NCBI GenBank assembly: GCA_040905565.1
Contig: JBBDRF010000007.1
Location: forward strand, 26,601-58,367
Direction: 5' to 3'
Source: Phycisphaeraceae bacterium
GTDB lineage: Bacteria > Planctomycetota > Phycisphaerae > Phycisphaerales > Zrk34
Length of the DNA stretch: 31,767 bases
Positions 17,930 to 26,933 of the stretch are shown here, piece by piece; position 1 is the stretch's first letter, and each line of letters begins with the position of its first letter. The notes beneath the pieces were generated by a model, which was given only the letters and a program-made list of their open reading frames with translations, had not been told where the DNA came from and did not search any database. Made by a program: the position numbers and the translations under genes.

Positions 17930-18958
17930 ATGACCACTCATCATACGTCCAGCCCGCCTGCCACCGCATCGCCGTTTCGCCCGGCGTGGTGGTTGCGTGG
18001 CGCCCACGCCCAGACACTGTTCGCCGCCCTCTGCCGTCGGCATCCGCCGCTCGCGATGAGGCAGGAGCGGTGGGAACTGGCCGATGGCGATTTCCTCGAT
18101 CTCCGCTTCGCAGGCGACGATCAAGCAAGTGATCGACCGACCGTCCTGCTGCTGCACGGGCTTCAGGGATCGCACAAATCCGCTTACATCCAGGGCATGA
18201 TGCGCGCCATCGTCGCGCGCGGCTGGCGTGCGGTGCTCATTCATTTCCGAGGCTGCGGCGGCGAACTCAACCGTCTGCCCATCAGCTACCACTCAGGTCA
18301 TACCGAGGATCTCGCCCACGTCATCGCCGAGTTTCAGGAGCGTCAACCTCATGCCCCGCTCGCCGCCGTCGGCTACTCGCTCGGCGGCAACGTGCTGCTC
18401 AAACGCCTCGCCGAGAGCGGTCGCGATGTCGGTTTGAAGGCCGCCGTCGCCGTGAGCGTGCCCTATGATCTCGGCTGCGCCGCCGAGCGAATCGAGCGTG
18501 GCTTCTCACGCCTTTACCAATGGCACCTGCTGCGAAGCCTCCGCCACATGGTCCGCGAAAAACTTCAGGTGACGCCCGGCGCGCTCCCGCTGACCGAGGC
18601 AGACATCAACGCGTTGCGAACGTTCCGGTTGTTCGACGATCAGGTCACCGCCCCGATGCACGGCTTCGCAGGCGTAGAAGACTACTACACCCGTTGCAGC
18701 AGCGGGCCGATGCTGAGCCGCATCCAGACGCCGACGCTGCTGATTCACGCTCGTAATGATCCGTTCATGACCCCCGCCGCTGTACCCGACGCGACCGCCC
18801 TGCCCGACCACGTTCAGCTTGAGCTGAGCCGCGACGGCGGGCACGTCGGCTTCGTCGCCGGCCGCTACCCCTGGGCCCCGACCTACTACTTAGAGCGTCG
18901 CATCCCCGACTATCTCGCGGCCTTCCTTCCCGAACAACCAGCCCGCGCTAGCGAATGA
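17930..18958 (+). CDS. YheT-family alpha/beta hydrolase
   Basis: H.QT, DGDFLDL, LHGLQGS, FRGC, nucleophile GYSLGG, NDPF and GGHVGF. Confidence 0.9.
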   Translation: MTTHHTSSPPATASPFRPAWWLRGAHAQTLFAALCRRHPPLAMRQERWELADGDFLDLRFAGDDQASDRPTVLLLHGLQGSHKSAYIQGMMRAIVARGWRAVLIHFRGCGGELNRLPISYHSGHTEDLAHVIAEFQERQPHAPLAAVGYSLGGNVLLKRLAESGRDVGLKAAVAVSVPYDLGCAAERIERGFSRLYQWHLLRSLRHMVREKLQVTPGALPLTEADINALRTFRLFDDQVTAPMHGFAGVEDYYTRCSSGPMLSRIQTPTLLIHARNDPFMTPAAVPDATALPDHVQLELSRDGGHVGFVAGRYPWAPTYYLERRIPDYLAAFLPEQPARASE

Positions 18959-20516
18959 ATCGCATGTCGGCGAAGTTGGGGATCACCGCAGCACCGCCCT
19001 CTCGGAACCGCCACATCGCTGGGAAGTACACGTAGAACGCCCGGCCGATCATCATCTCACGCGGCACAAACCCCACCGGCACATCCGTCATGTTCAGCAG
19101 CCATGGGTCCACCGCGTCCCACAGGCGGCTGTCCTCCGAGGCGGGGCTATTGTCGCCGAGGCAGTAGAAATTATCCGCCGCAATGGTGATCGGATCCGAC
19201 GTCCCCAGCGCCCCCATTTTCTCAGCAGAAGTGTGATAAAGATCACGGTCGAGGTTCACCTTGTGCAGCGTTACCGCGGGGCCGGCCACGGTGATATCAA
19301 CCGCCGGCTGAATGATCTCAAACGACCGCTCCGCCAGCGCCGACGCTTCCTCCTCGTACGTCCACTCCGCCAGCAGATCGCCGTCACGCCACATCGATAG
19401 CCGCTGATCCGCGTGCCACAACTCCACCCGCGTCCCCTGCCCAGCCTCCAACGGTCTCCCCTCCACTTGCGCGACCGTCTCCCACGGTCCAGCATCTTCC
19501 TGGGGATCCATCACGACGGGCCTCATCTCCAGCTTCGCATTCCCCTCCGCGTCAAGCGTGCCGCGGAACTGCCTTCGCTGCGATCCCGTCCGCATCGTCA
19601 CCGTCAGCCCCGTGTCCTCGGGCACGAAGGTCGCCCCGACACGCATGTCTTCAATGGGATCGTCGCTTAGCGGGGCGGGGCCGTTTCGCAGCGCGTTATA
19701 GTTGTAGTAATTCAACAGATGCTTGTCAGCGAACTCGAACGCCAGCACCCCTGCTTCGTCGCCTTCATGTCGCCAGTGAGGCCCGCGCTGCTCAAAGGAC
19801 CACGCCTGCTCCGTGCGCTCCGTCGGCTGCCACGGCACATGCCAGGCCCGGCTGCGCGGGCTGTACGTTTCAATCGGTCCGGAGACGCTGGGGTCGCCAT
19901 CATCCAGCGGATAGTAACGGCTGTGATACACCGGCACCCAGACCGCCTGCTGCACTTCGTAAGGCTTTCGCTGAATGCGCCATGCGTCGGCGTTACCGGT
20001 GGCGGTGCCGTCGGCGTTCAGCGGTCGCGTAAAAACGTTGCCGCCCACCAGCCAAAGCTCTTCCTCGGGCAGCCCCACCAGCCGCTTGATGTAGTTCTGC
20101 TCAGGATCTTTCGGATTCTTGAAGACGACCACCTGCCATCGCTGCGGTTCGGCGAATTCGTAAACGTACTTGAGCACAAGAATCCGGTCGCCCGACTCCT
20201 GAAGCGTGGGCTTCGCGCCCAGGCTGATCTCGTAATCGCACATGGTGCAGTCGACATCGGCCGAAGTGCGCGACTGGTCCGCAGCGTTCAGCGTGAACTG
20301 ATACCCACACATCGGACACTCCGCCCGGAAGTGCGCGCCCAGCAGCGTCGGCGCCATCGAGCCGGTGGGGATCACGAACGCTTCAACGATGAAGGCGCGG
20401 AACATGAACGCCAGCACGAACGCGATGATGATCGACTCGAGCGTCTCGCGCACGGAGCCTTCGTTGGTGTTCGGCTCCTGCCGCTCGTTCTTGCCTGGCG
20501 CAGATGTTTCAGCCAT
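18948..20516 (-). CDS. lepB: Signal peptidase I (long form with Zn-ribbon and large insertion)
   Basis: Box B IPTGSMAPTL (Ser), GDRILV, box D NYIKRLVG (Lys) and box E LGDNSPASEDSR. One N-terminal TM helix. Confidence 0.93.
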   Translation of the reverse strand: MAETSAPGKNERQEPNTNEGSVRETLESIIIAFVLAFMFRAFIVEAFVIPTGSMAPTLLGAHFRAECPMCGYQFTLNAADQSRTSADVDCTMCDYEISLGAKPTLQESGDRILVLKYVYEFAEPQRWQVVVFKNPKDPEQNYIKRLVGLPEEELWLVGGNVFTRPLNADGTATGNADAWRIQRKPYEVQQAVWVPVYHSRYYPLDDGDPSVSGPIETYSPRSRAWHVPWQPTERTEQAWSFEQRGPHWRHEGDEAGVLAFEFADKHLLNYYNYNALRNGPAPLSDDPIEDMRVGATFVPEDTGLTVTMRTGSQRRQFRGTLDAEGNAKLEMRPVVMDPQEDAGPWETVAQVEGRPLEAGQGTRVELWHADQRLSMWRDGDLLAEWTYEEEASALAERSFEIIQPAVDITVAGPAVTLHKVNLDRDLYHTSAEKMGALGTSDPITIAADNFYCLGDNSPASEDSRLWDAVDPWLLNMTDVPVGFVPREMMIGRAFYVYFPAMWRFREGGAAVIPNFADMRFIR

Positions 20517-20685
20517 GGATGCCGACGCGATCTATAGATGGTAGCGGACGCCCCGTCGCGGCAACGTGCGCTGCGGGCCTCGCCATTTTACGCAACCGCA
20601 AATCATTTGCACGCCGCCCCACCATTGCGGGTGTGCGCCAAAGTGAATAGCCGCCGGCCTACGACCGGCCGGAACGCCAACTCAC

Positions 20686-20721
20686 AAAAAAAACGCGACC
20701 GGCCGAAGCCGATCGCGTTTT
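20686..20721 (-). terminator. Rho-independent terminator of rpsA
   Basis: Minus strand AAACGCGATCGGC-TTCG-GCCGGTCGCG followed by a T8 run. Confidence 0.85.
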
Positions 20722-20744
20722 GATTTCGAGATATGAAGCGAAGA

Positions 20745-22616
20745 TTACTCCTCGCGTTTCTCTTCGGTTTCGGGCTCCGCTTCGGGTGCGGCTTCCGATT
20801 CCGGTTCGATTGAAGCTTCAGCCTCAGGCTGCTCTTCGTCACCGGTCCGCTTCGCGCCACCGGGGCCGAAGCTGATCTTGTCGGTGCCGAGGAACTCGTG
20901 AGAGTCCATACCGCCACGGCTGGGTCCGCCACCGAATTCGGCGCGGGACGGGGCGGAAGGTTCGTAATCGGCTTCGCCACCGATCTGAGCACGCTTGAGC
21001 GAGAGGCCGATCTTCCGATCGTCGGTATCGACGCGAAGGATCTTGACCTCGAGCTCCTGCCCGACCTTGACCACATCGGCGGGGTTTTCCACCTTGTGAT
21101 CCGAAAGCTCGGAGATGTGCAGCAGGCCTTCCAGACCGTCTTCGAGTTCGACGAACACGCCGAAGTTCGTGATCTTGGTGACCGCACCGTGCACCACCAT
21201 GCCAGGCTGGTACTGCGTGGGGATGGCTTCGAGCCAGGGGTCCTCGGTGAGCTGCTTGATGCCCAGGCTGATGCGCTGCTTGTCCTGATCGACTTCGAGC
21301 ACGACGCACTGGATGGGCTGGCCCTTCTTGAGCACCTCGTTGGGATGGGCGACCTTCTTGGTCCAGCTGAGGTCGCTGACGTGGAGCATGCCGTCGACGC
21401 CGGGTTCGATCTCGACAAACGCACCGTAGTTGGTGAGGTTCCGCACGGTGCCTTCGATGACCGTTCCGGGCGGGTATTTCTCAGCCACGAGATCCCAGGG
21501 ATTCTGCTCAGCCTGCTTCATACCGAGCGAAATTTCCTGCTTACCGTGGTTGATATCGAGCACGACGACTTCGACCTCTTCGCCGACGCTGACCAGTTCC
21601 GACGGATGGTTCACCCGGCGGGTCCAGCTCATTTCGGAGATGTGGACGAGGCCTTCGATGCCCTCTTCGAGCTTCACGAAAGCACCGTAGCTGACGATGT
21701 TGACCACCGCGCCGCGAACCTTCTGGCCCACGGGGTACTGGTCGGCCACTTCGTCCCACGGGTTGGGCTGACGCTGCTTGAGGCCGAGCGCGATCTTCTC
21801 TTTCTCGCGATCGATGTTGAGCACGCGAACCGTGATCTCCTCGTCGATCTTCACCAGCTCCGACGGGTGATTGATGCGGCCCCAGCTCATGTCCGTGATG
21901 TGCAGCAAGCCGTCGAGCCCACCGATGTCCACGAACGCGCCGAAGTCGGCGATGTTCTTGACCACGCCGGTGACATCATCGCCTTCGGTGAGGGTCGAAA
22001 GCAGCTTGTCGCGTGCTTCGGTCCGCTCTTCTTCGATGAGCTTGCGGCGGGAGATAACGATGTTGCGACGATCGGTGTCGATCTTGAGAATCTTCGCCCG
22101 GATCGTCTTGCCGATGTAGTCGCCGATGTCCGGAGGCCTGCGGATGTCGACCTGGCTTGCAGGCAGAAAGACCGGGACGGCGATATCGACCAGCAGCCCG
22201 CCTTTGATCTTCCGCATCACAACGCCTTCGACTTCGTCGCCTTCGTCGTTGTCGCGGATAATGCGTTCCCAGCCGCGAATACGGTCGGCCTTCCGCTTGG
22301 AAAGCTGGATGACGCCGTTCTCTGCTTCCAGATTTTCCAGAAGCACTTCGAGTTCGTCGCCGGGCTTGACCTGATCGAAATGATCAAACTCGCCCTTGTT
22401 GATCAGCCCTTCGCTCTTGAAGCCGACGTCAACGACGACGTCGTCCCCGGCGAAGCCGATCACGCGGCCCGGGAGAATCGTGCCAGGAACGAAGTCGTGG
22501 TCCTGTTGGCCCAGCAATTCGTCCATGTCGCCGCCGAGCGATGCGGCTTCGAGCATGAGCGAATCATCTTCGATCTGATCCGGTTCTAGTTCCTGAATAA
22601 GGTTATAATCGACCAC
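20745..22616 (-). CDS. rpsA: 30S ribosomal protein S1
   Basis: Six S1 repeats (DFGAFVD.GG.DGLLHITDMSW, YGAFV.LEEGIEGLVHISEMSW and others), GTG start and an acidic C-terminal tail. Confidence 0.97.
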   Translation of the reverse strand: MVDYNLIQELEPDQIEDDSLMLEAASLGGDMDELLGQQDHDFVPGTILPGRVIGFAGDDVVVDVGFKSEGLINKGEFDHFDQVKPGDELEVLLENLEAENGVIQLSKRKADRIRGWERIIRDNDEGDEVEGVVMRKIKGGLLVDIAVPVFLPASQVDIRRPPDIGDYIGKTIRAKILKIDTDRRNIVISRRKLIEEERTEARDKLLSTLTEGDDVTGVVKNIADFGAFVDIGGLDGLLHITDMSWGRINHPSELVKIDEEITVRVLNIDREKEKIALGLKQRQPNPWDEVADQYPVGQKVRGAVVNIVSYGAFVKLEEGIEGLVHISEMSWTRRVNHPSELVSVGEEVEVVVLDINHGKQEISLGMKQAEQNPWDLVAEKYPPGTVIEGTVRNLTNYGAFVEIEPGVDGMLHVSDLSWTKKVAHPNEVLKKGQPIQCVVLEVDQDKQRISLGIKQLTEDPWLEAIPTQYQPGMVVHGAVTKITNFGVFVELEDGLEGLLHISELSDHKVENPADVVKVGQELEVKILRVDTDDRKIGLSLKRAQIGGEADYEPSAPSRAEFGGGPSRGGMDSHEFLGTDKISFGPGGAKRTGDEEQPEAEASIEPESEAAPEAEPETEEKREE

Positions 22617-22758
22617 AAAAAGCGTCCGGCCGGTTGTTTAAGCCCGGCTGACTCAACCTGAATCAGCATCGTCGAGCCTGCCGCCCCCGGCCATTGGGTT
22701 CGGCTCGTCGCCTCCGGAAGGTCGTAATGGCCTTGCCCGAGGGACGGAAAGAATCGCT

Positions 22759-22767
22759 AGTATAGCA
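22759..22767 (-). promoter_or_regulatory. Extended -10 promoter element of rpsA
   Basis: Minus strand TG-C-TATACT about 140 nt upstream of the rpsA start. Confidence 0.6.
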
Positions 22768-22874
22768 ACGCAACCGTCACAAGGGAACCGTTGAACCTTA
22801 AGAAAAATAGCGGTCGGTCGCCGAGGGACGCTAAGCTGACTGAGGCCGCCGTTCAGCGTGTTAAGGAGTCGTGA

Positions 22875-23444
22875 ATGTTCTGGCCCCGTCGTGGAAAACC
22901 GCTGTCAACGCCCGAGGAAGCGGAGACGCAGGGCCCGCTGCTGCGTCGCTACCTGCCGGACATGGTCTACGGTGCGAATGACGGGATCATCACCACCTTC
23001 GCCATCGTGGCGGGCGTCGTGGGGGCGAACCTTCCGACAGCCGTGGTGCTGATCCTCGGCCTCGCGAGCCTGATCGCCGACGGCGTCTCGATGGCCGCCA
23101 GCAATTTCCTCGCCGAACGCTCCCGCGCCAGCGACCGCCTCACCCGCGTGCAGGCGGCGCGTCATGCCTTCGCCACGTTCGGCGGGTTCGTCACGATGGG
23201 CGTCGCGCCGCTGATCGCCTACCTGCTGCCGGTTCCCGAAGCCCAGCGATTCCCCGTCGCCGCCGCGGCCACCCTCGCCACGCTCTTTGCCGTCGGCTCC
23301 GCCCGGTCACTCGCCGCGGAACATATCCGCTGGTTCCGAGGCGGCATCGAGATGCTGCTCGTCGGCGCCGGGGCCGCCGGTGTGGCCTACGGCATCGGCG
23401 CAGGCATCGCTTACTATGTTGGTCTTGAGGGCGTGCCGATCTGA
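22875..23444 (+). CDS. VIT1/CCC1 family (Fe/Mn) transporter
   Basis: VYGANDGIITTFAIVAG and ADGVSMAASNFL motifs, five TM segments, AAGGAG RBS. Confidence 0.92.
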   Translation: MFWPRRGKPLSTPEEAETQGPLLRRYLPDMVYGANDGIITTFAIVAGVVGANLPTAVVLILGLASLIADGVSMAASNFLAERSRASDRLTRVQAARHAFATFGGFVTMGVAPLIAYLLPVPEAQRFPVAAAATLATLFAVGSARSLAAEHIRWFRGGIEMLLVGAGAAGVAYGIGAGIAYYVGLEGVPI

Positions 23445-23461
23445 TTTTTAGATCGCCGCTC

Positions 23462-23576
23462 GAGGGTGCCCCGTCCAGCGCAGACGGCCGGGCGGATAAG
23501 CGGCAACGCTCGCGATCTCTAAACACGCTGAACGGAACCCGGCCGTCTCGCTCAGCGCTCGCTGGCCGGGGCACCC
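23462..23576. repeat. REP-like inverted doublet, family C
   Basis: Degenerate left copy 23462-23492 (GAGGGTGCCCCGTCCAGCGCAGACGGCCGGG) faces a full right copy at 23537-23576 on the opposite strand. Confidence 0.8.
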
Positions 23577-23653
23577 ATCATGAATGGTGGCCAAACCAGT
23601 CGTGGCACACGACATCCTTCCCCCTCCCGCTGTACCGCTGTCAGAAGGGCGCG

Positions 23654-23659
23654 TATACT
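23654..23659 (+). promoter_or_regulatory. -10 element upstream of the PpiD-like gene
   Basis: TATACT 36 nt upstream of ATG 23696, with a GGAG RBS in between. Confidence 0.45.
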
Positions 23660-23695
23660 GCCCGCCTCGAAACGCCTCATTGGAGCGCTCACGGT

Positions 23696-25570
23696 ATGCT
23701 CAAGTTCTTCCGTCAATTCGTCCTTAACAAAGCAGTGATGGTGGTCATCGCCTCCTTCCTGATGATCCTCTTCCTGTTGCCCGGCGTCGAAATGTTCATG
23801 CCCCAACAGGGCAACCAACCCATCGGCGAGGTCAACGGGAAGGTGCTGCGCGTCTCCGATCAGCGCACGGCCGGTGCCGAGATGCAGACCCTCGCACGCA
23901 TGGGCCTCGGCCAGAGCCTCCCGCAGAACGAGCTGACCTGGCTCCTGCTGATCGAAGAAGCCCGGCAGAACGGCATCTACGCTTCACAAGCCGAGATCCG
24001 CGGCACCATTGAGGACCTCCAGGAAGCGCAGATGAATCCCTACGCCGCCGCCGAGGCCGCCGATCTCACCGAAGAGATGCTCTTTCAGGCGCTGCGGCAC
24101 ATGCTCATGGTCAACGAGCTGCAGGAGATGATCGCCGGCGTCCGCAAGCCCAGCGAACCCCGCCTCGCCCACTTCGCCCGGGACACCGGCTCCACGGCCA
24201 GCGCCGACGTCGTCATCATCGATGCCAAGCATCTCTTCGACGCCGTTGAAGAGCCGACCGAGCAGGAAGTCCAGGAGCAATTCGAGCAGTACCGCGATGT
24301 GCGCCCCGGCGAATCCGAGCCGTTCGGCTTCGGTTACTACCTGCCGCCCCGCGTGCAGATGGAGTACCTCGTCGTGCCGCTGTCGCGCGTGGAGACGGGT
24401 ATTGAGATCGACGAAGTTGAAGCACGCCGCTTCTATATGGAGAACCCGGACCTGTTCCAGCCCCGCAGCAGCGACGAGCTTCCCGAGGGCCATCCCGAAG
24501 GCGAGCCGATGCCCTACCGCGAAGTTCGGCCGCGGGTTTACGAGACGCTGCTCGACCGCCGCGCCCGTGAGAAGCAGGACGAGATCATCCGCTGGATCGC
24601 TGGCAACTTTTCCCAGGAAGAACGTCGCCTCCCGATGGATCGCGCCACCGCCTACCGGCAGATCGATGAAGATACTAACCTGCTTTCTTTTGAAGAGATC
24701 GCCAGTCGCACGCAGGAGCGGTACGGCGTTCGGCCGGATGTGATCCGCCTCGAAGATCGCTGGCTGAGCCCGGAAGATGTCGACGAGCTTGAAGGCTTCG
24801 GCGACGCGTACCTTGAAGCGTCCAACCGTGAATATGCCGTGGAGACCTACGTCTTTTCCGTGCCGGAGGTGGACCCTTCGGATCAGAATCCGCTGCTCGC
24901 CCTGCGGCTGCAGGTGGGCCTCGCCTCCCGGCCGGTGCAGGACGACGCCGGCAACCGTTATCTGTTCCGCCTGCTCGACGCCGATGCTCCGCGTGAGCCT
25001 GAATCGCTCGACGAGGTCCATGATGAGGTCGTCGAAGACGTGAAACGGCTGCGGGCCTATCGCCAGCTTCAGGAGCAGCAGGATGAGCTTCTTCAGCGTG
25101 CGCTCGATGAGGATCTGATGACGCTCGCTGAGAGCTTCGACACCCGCGTGCGGAACCTTGACAGTTTCCAGGGTCGCGAGGGTCAGACCGGTCGTCTGCA
25201 GCCTCCGAACCTGTCGGGCGTCGGTCGATCGGCCGCGTTCGTCGACAGTATCTTCACGACCGCTCAGCGGGCGCACGAGGAAGCCGGCAGCATCGAAGAG
25301 GCCGGCGATGACCTGACGACGACGGTTGTGCCGCTGGACCAGCAGCAGGCGATCGCCGTGGCGCGTGTGCGGTCGTATCGGCCTGTGAATCGACAGCTGT
25401 ACCAGATGCTTCGCCCGAGCCTGCCGCAGCAGTTGGCCAGCACCGACTTCTTTGAGATGCTGACGACGGAGAATCCGTTCGCCCCCGAAGCGGTCAAACG
25501 GCGTGTCGGCTTCATCGACGCCCGCCCCGATGACGAGGACGCCGACGCAGCCGCCCTCGCCGGAAACTGA
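23696..25570 (+). CDS. Membrane-anchored PpiD/SurA-N-like periplasmic chaperone
   Basis: N-terminal 'MLKFFR' plus TM anchor, 'IGEVNG', 'LLLIEEARQNGIYAS..EI', and repeated 'PTEQEVQEQFEQY' and 'ARRFYMENPDLF...P..EVR' segments typical of the PpiD architecture. Confidence 0.65.
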   Translation: MLKFFRQFVLNKAVMVVIASFLMILFLLPGVEMFMPQQGNQPIGEVNGKVLRVSDQRTAGAEMQTLARMGLGQSLPQNELTWLLLIEEARQNGIYASQAEIRGTIEDLQEAQMNPYAAAEAADLTEEMLFQALRHMLMVNELQEMIAGVRKPSEPRLAHFARDTGSTASADVVIIDAKHLFDAVEEPTEQEVQEQFEQYRDVRPGESEPFGFGYYLPPRVQMEYLVVPLSRVETGIEIDEVEARRFYMENPDLFQPRSSDELPEGHPEGEPMPYREVRPRVYETLLDRRAREKQDEIIRWIAGNFSQEERRLPMDRATAYRQIDEDTNLLSFEEIASRTQERYGVRPDVIRLEDRWLSPEDVDELEGFGDAYLEASNREYAVETYVFSVPEVDPSDQNPLLALRLQVGLASRPVQDDAGNRYLFRLLDADAPREPESLDEVHDEVVEDVKRLRAYRQLQEQQDELLQRALDEDLMTLAESFDTRVRNLDSFQGREGQTGRLQPPNLSGVGRSAAFVDSIFTTAQRAHEEAGSIEEAGDDLTTTVVPLDQQQAIAVARVRSYRPVNRQLYQMLRPSLPQQLASTDFFEMLTTENPFAPEAVKRRVGFIDARPDDEDADAAALAGN

Positions 25571-25590
25571 TCGGCCTTCGGCACGCCCCT

Positions 25591-25615
25591 GAAGCCCACG
25601 CTCTAAGCGCGTGGG
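25591..25615. repeat. Hairpin (REP-like or terminator) between convergent genes
   Basis: GAAG-CCCACGC-TCTAAGC-GCGTGGG, one copy in this window. Confidence 0.45.
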
Positions 25616-25635
25616 TCAGGCCGCGGACCGTCGCA

Positions 25636-26730
25636 TCAAACCCCGAACGACGTCCCGATCCCCTTCGCCGCCGCGATCAGCGGATGATCCAGAGGCACCA
25701 TCCGCTGCTTGCCCGCCACCTGATCGAGCGCGATGTCCGTTACCTCGCGGCCGTGCATCACGATCATCCGATTCTGCTTGCCCGCCATCAGCGTCTGCAC
25801 CGCCGCATGCCCGAACTCCGTGGCAAGCACCCGGTCTTCGGGAACAGGCGTGCCGCCGCGCTGCACATGGCCGAGCACGGTGCAGCGGGTTTCCACGCCC
25901 GTCTTTTCTTCGATCAGATCCGCGACGACTTTGCCCACGCCGCCCAGCCGCACCGGGTCGGGGCTTGTCGGATCGTGATGCGCCACGGTCTGGTCGCCAT
26001 CGAGAGGCTTCGCGCCTTCTGAAACGCACAGCAGCGTGAAACGCTTGCCGAATCGACTGCGCGCCTGCACCGCTTCGCAAACCTTTTCTATGTCGTAGGG
26101 CACTTCCGGCAGCAGGATCACGTCCGTGCCCGAAGCGATGCCCGAATGCAGCGCCAGCCAGCCCGCGTTCCGCCCCATGACCTCCACGATCATCGCGCGG
26201 TGATGGCTGGCCGCCGTGGTGTGAACCCGATCCAGCGCATCGGTGGCAACGTAGCGGGCCGTGGCGAACCCGAAGCTGACATCCGTACCGACGATGTCGT
26301 TGTCGATCGTCTTCGGCACGCCGATGCAGTTCACGCCGTGGTTGGCGAAGTTCATCGCACCGGCCATCGTGCCATCGCCGCCGATCACCACCAGCGCATC
26401 GAGGTGATGATGATTGATGTGCTCCATGCAGCGATCGGTGACGTCGCGCACCTCGATCTCACCGTTGGTTTCGACAGCGTAACGGGTGGGATCGCACTTG
26501 TTGTTCGTGCCGAGGATCGTGCCGCCGCGGGTAAGAATGTCGCTCACGTCGGCGGGCTTGAGCAGGCGGATGCGGTTCTGAATCAGGCCCTGAAAGCCGT
26601 CTTCGATGCCGAACACTTCGAGGTTATATTCGTAAATGGCGGACTTGGTGACCGCTCGGATCACCGCGTTAAGGCCGGGGCAGTCGCCGCCGCCGGTCAT
26701 CACGCCGATGCGTTTGATAGGTTGGCCCAT
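25636..26730 (-). CDS. pfkA: 6-phosphofructokinase (PfkA family, group III-type; probably ATP-dependent)
   Basis: GGGDCPGLNA, GGTILGT, GGDGT, PKTIDND, EVMGR and LGHVQRGG. Start at ATG 26730. Confidence 0.92.
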   Translation of the reverse strand: MGQPIKRIGVMTGGGDCPGLNAVIRAVTKSAIYEYNLEVFGIEDGFQGLIQNRIRLLKPADVSDILTRGGTILGTNNKCDPTRYAVETNGEIEVRDVTDRCMEHINHHHLDALVVIGGDGTMAGAMNFANHGVNCIGVPKTIDNDIVGTDVSFGFATARYVATDALDRVHTTAASHHRAMIVEVMGRNAGWLALHSGIASGTDVILLPEVPYDIEKVCEAVQARSRFGKRFTLLCVSEGAKPLDGDQTVAHHDPTSPDPVRLGGVGKVVADLIEEKTGVETRCTVLGHVQRGGTPVPEDRVLATEFGHAAVQTLMAGKQNRMIVMHGREVTDIALDQVAGKQRMVPLDHPLIAAAKGIGTSFGV

Positions 26731-26933
26731 GGCGGGCTCCGTGCGTTGGGGGGTGGATGGTCGCAGGTGTGACGTCTCTCGTGGTTCATTCGATTGTAAC
26801 GATCGACGCATAAGCTGCACGCAGTCTCGGCCGGTGCCCCCCCACTGCTGCCTCGCCATGCCTTGCCAACCCACCGCCTGCGATCTATCGTCACAGGACC
26901 GACCACAACCGGAACATTTCGCGAGGCCACCGC

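Noticed and set aside
20898..22589. Long antisense ORFs (563 aa opposite rpsA; also 5625-7025, 12314-13363, 16695-17933, 23984-25276, 29468-30847, 30366-31742, 3598-4623)
   Set aside because: These are shadow ORFs expected from high-GC codon bias. They carry no recognisable motifs and each lies opposite a well-supported gene.
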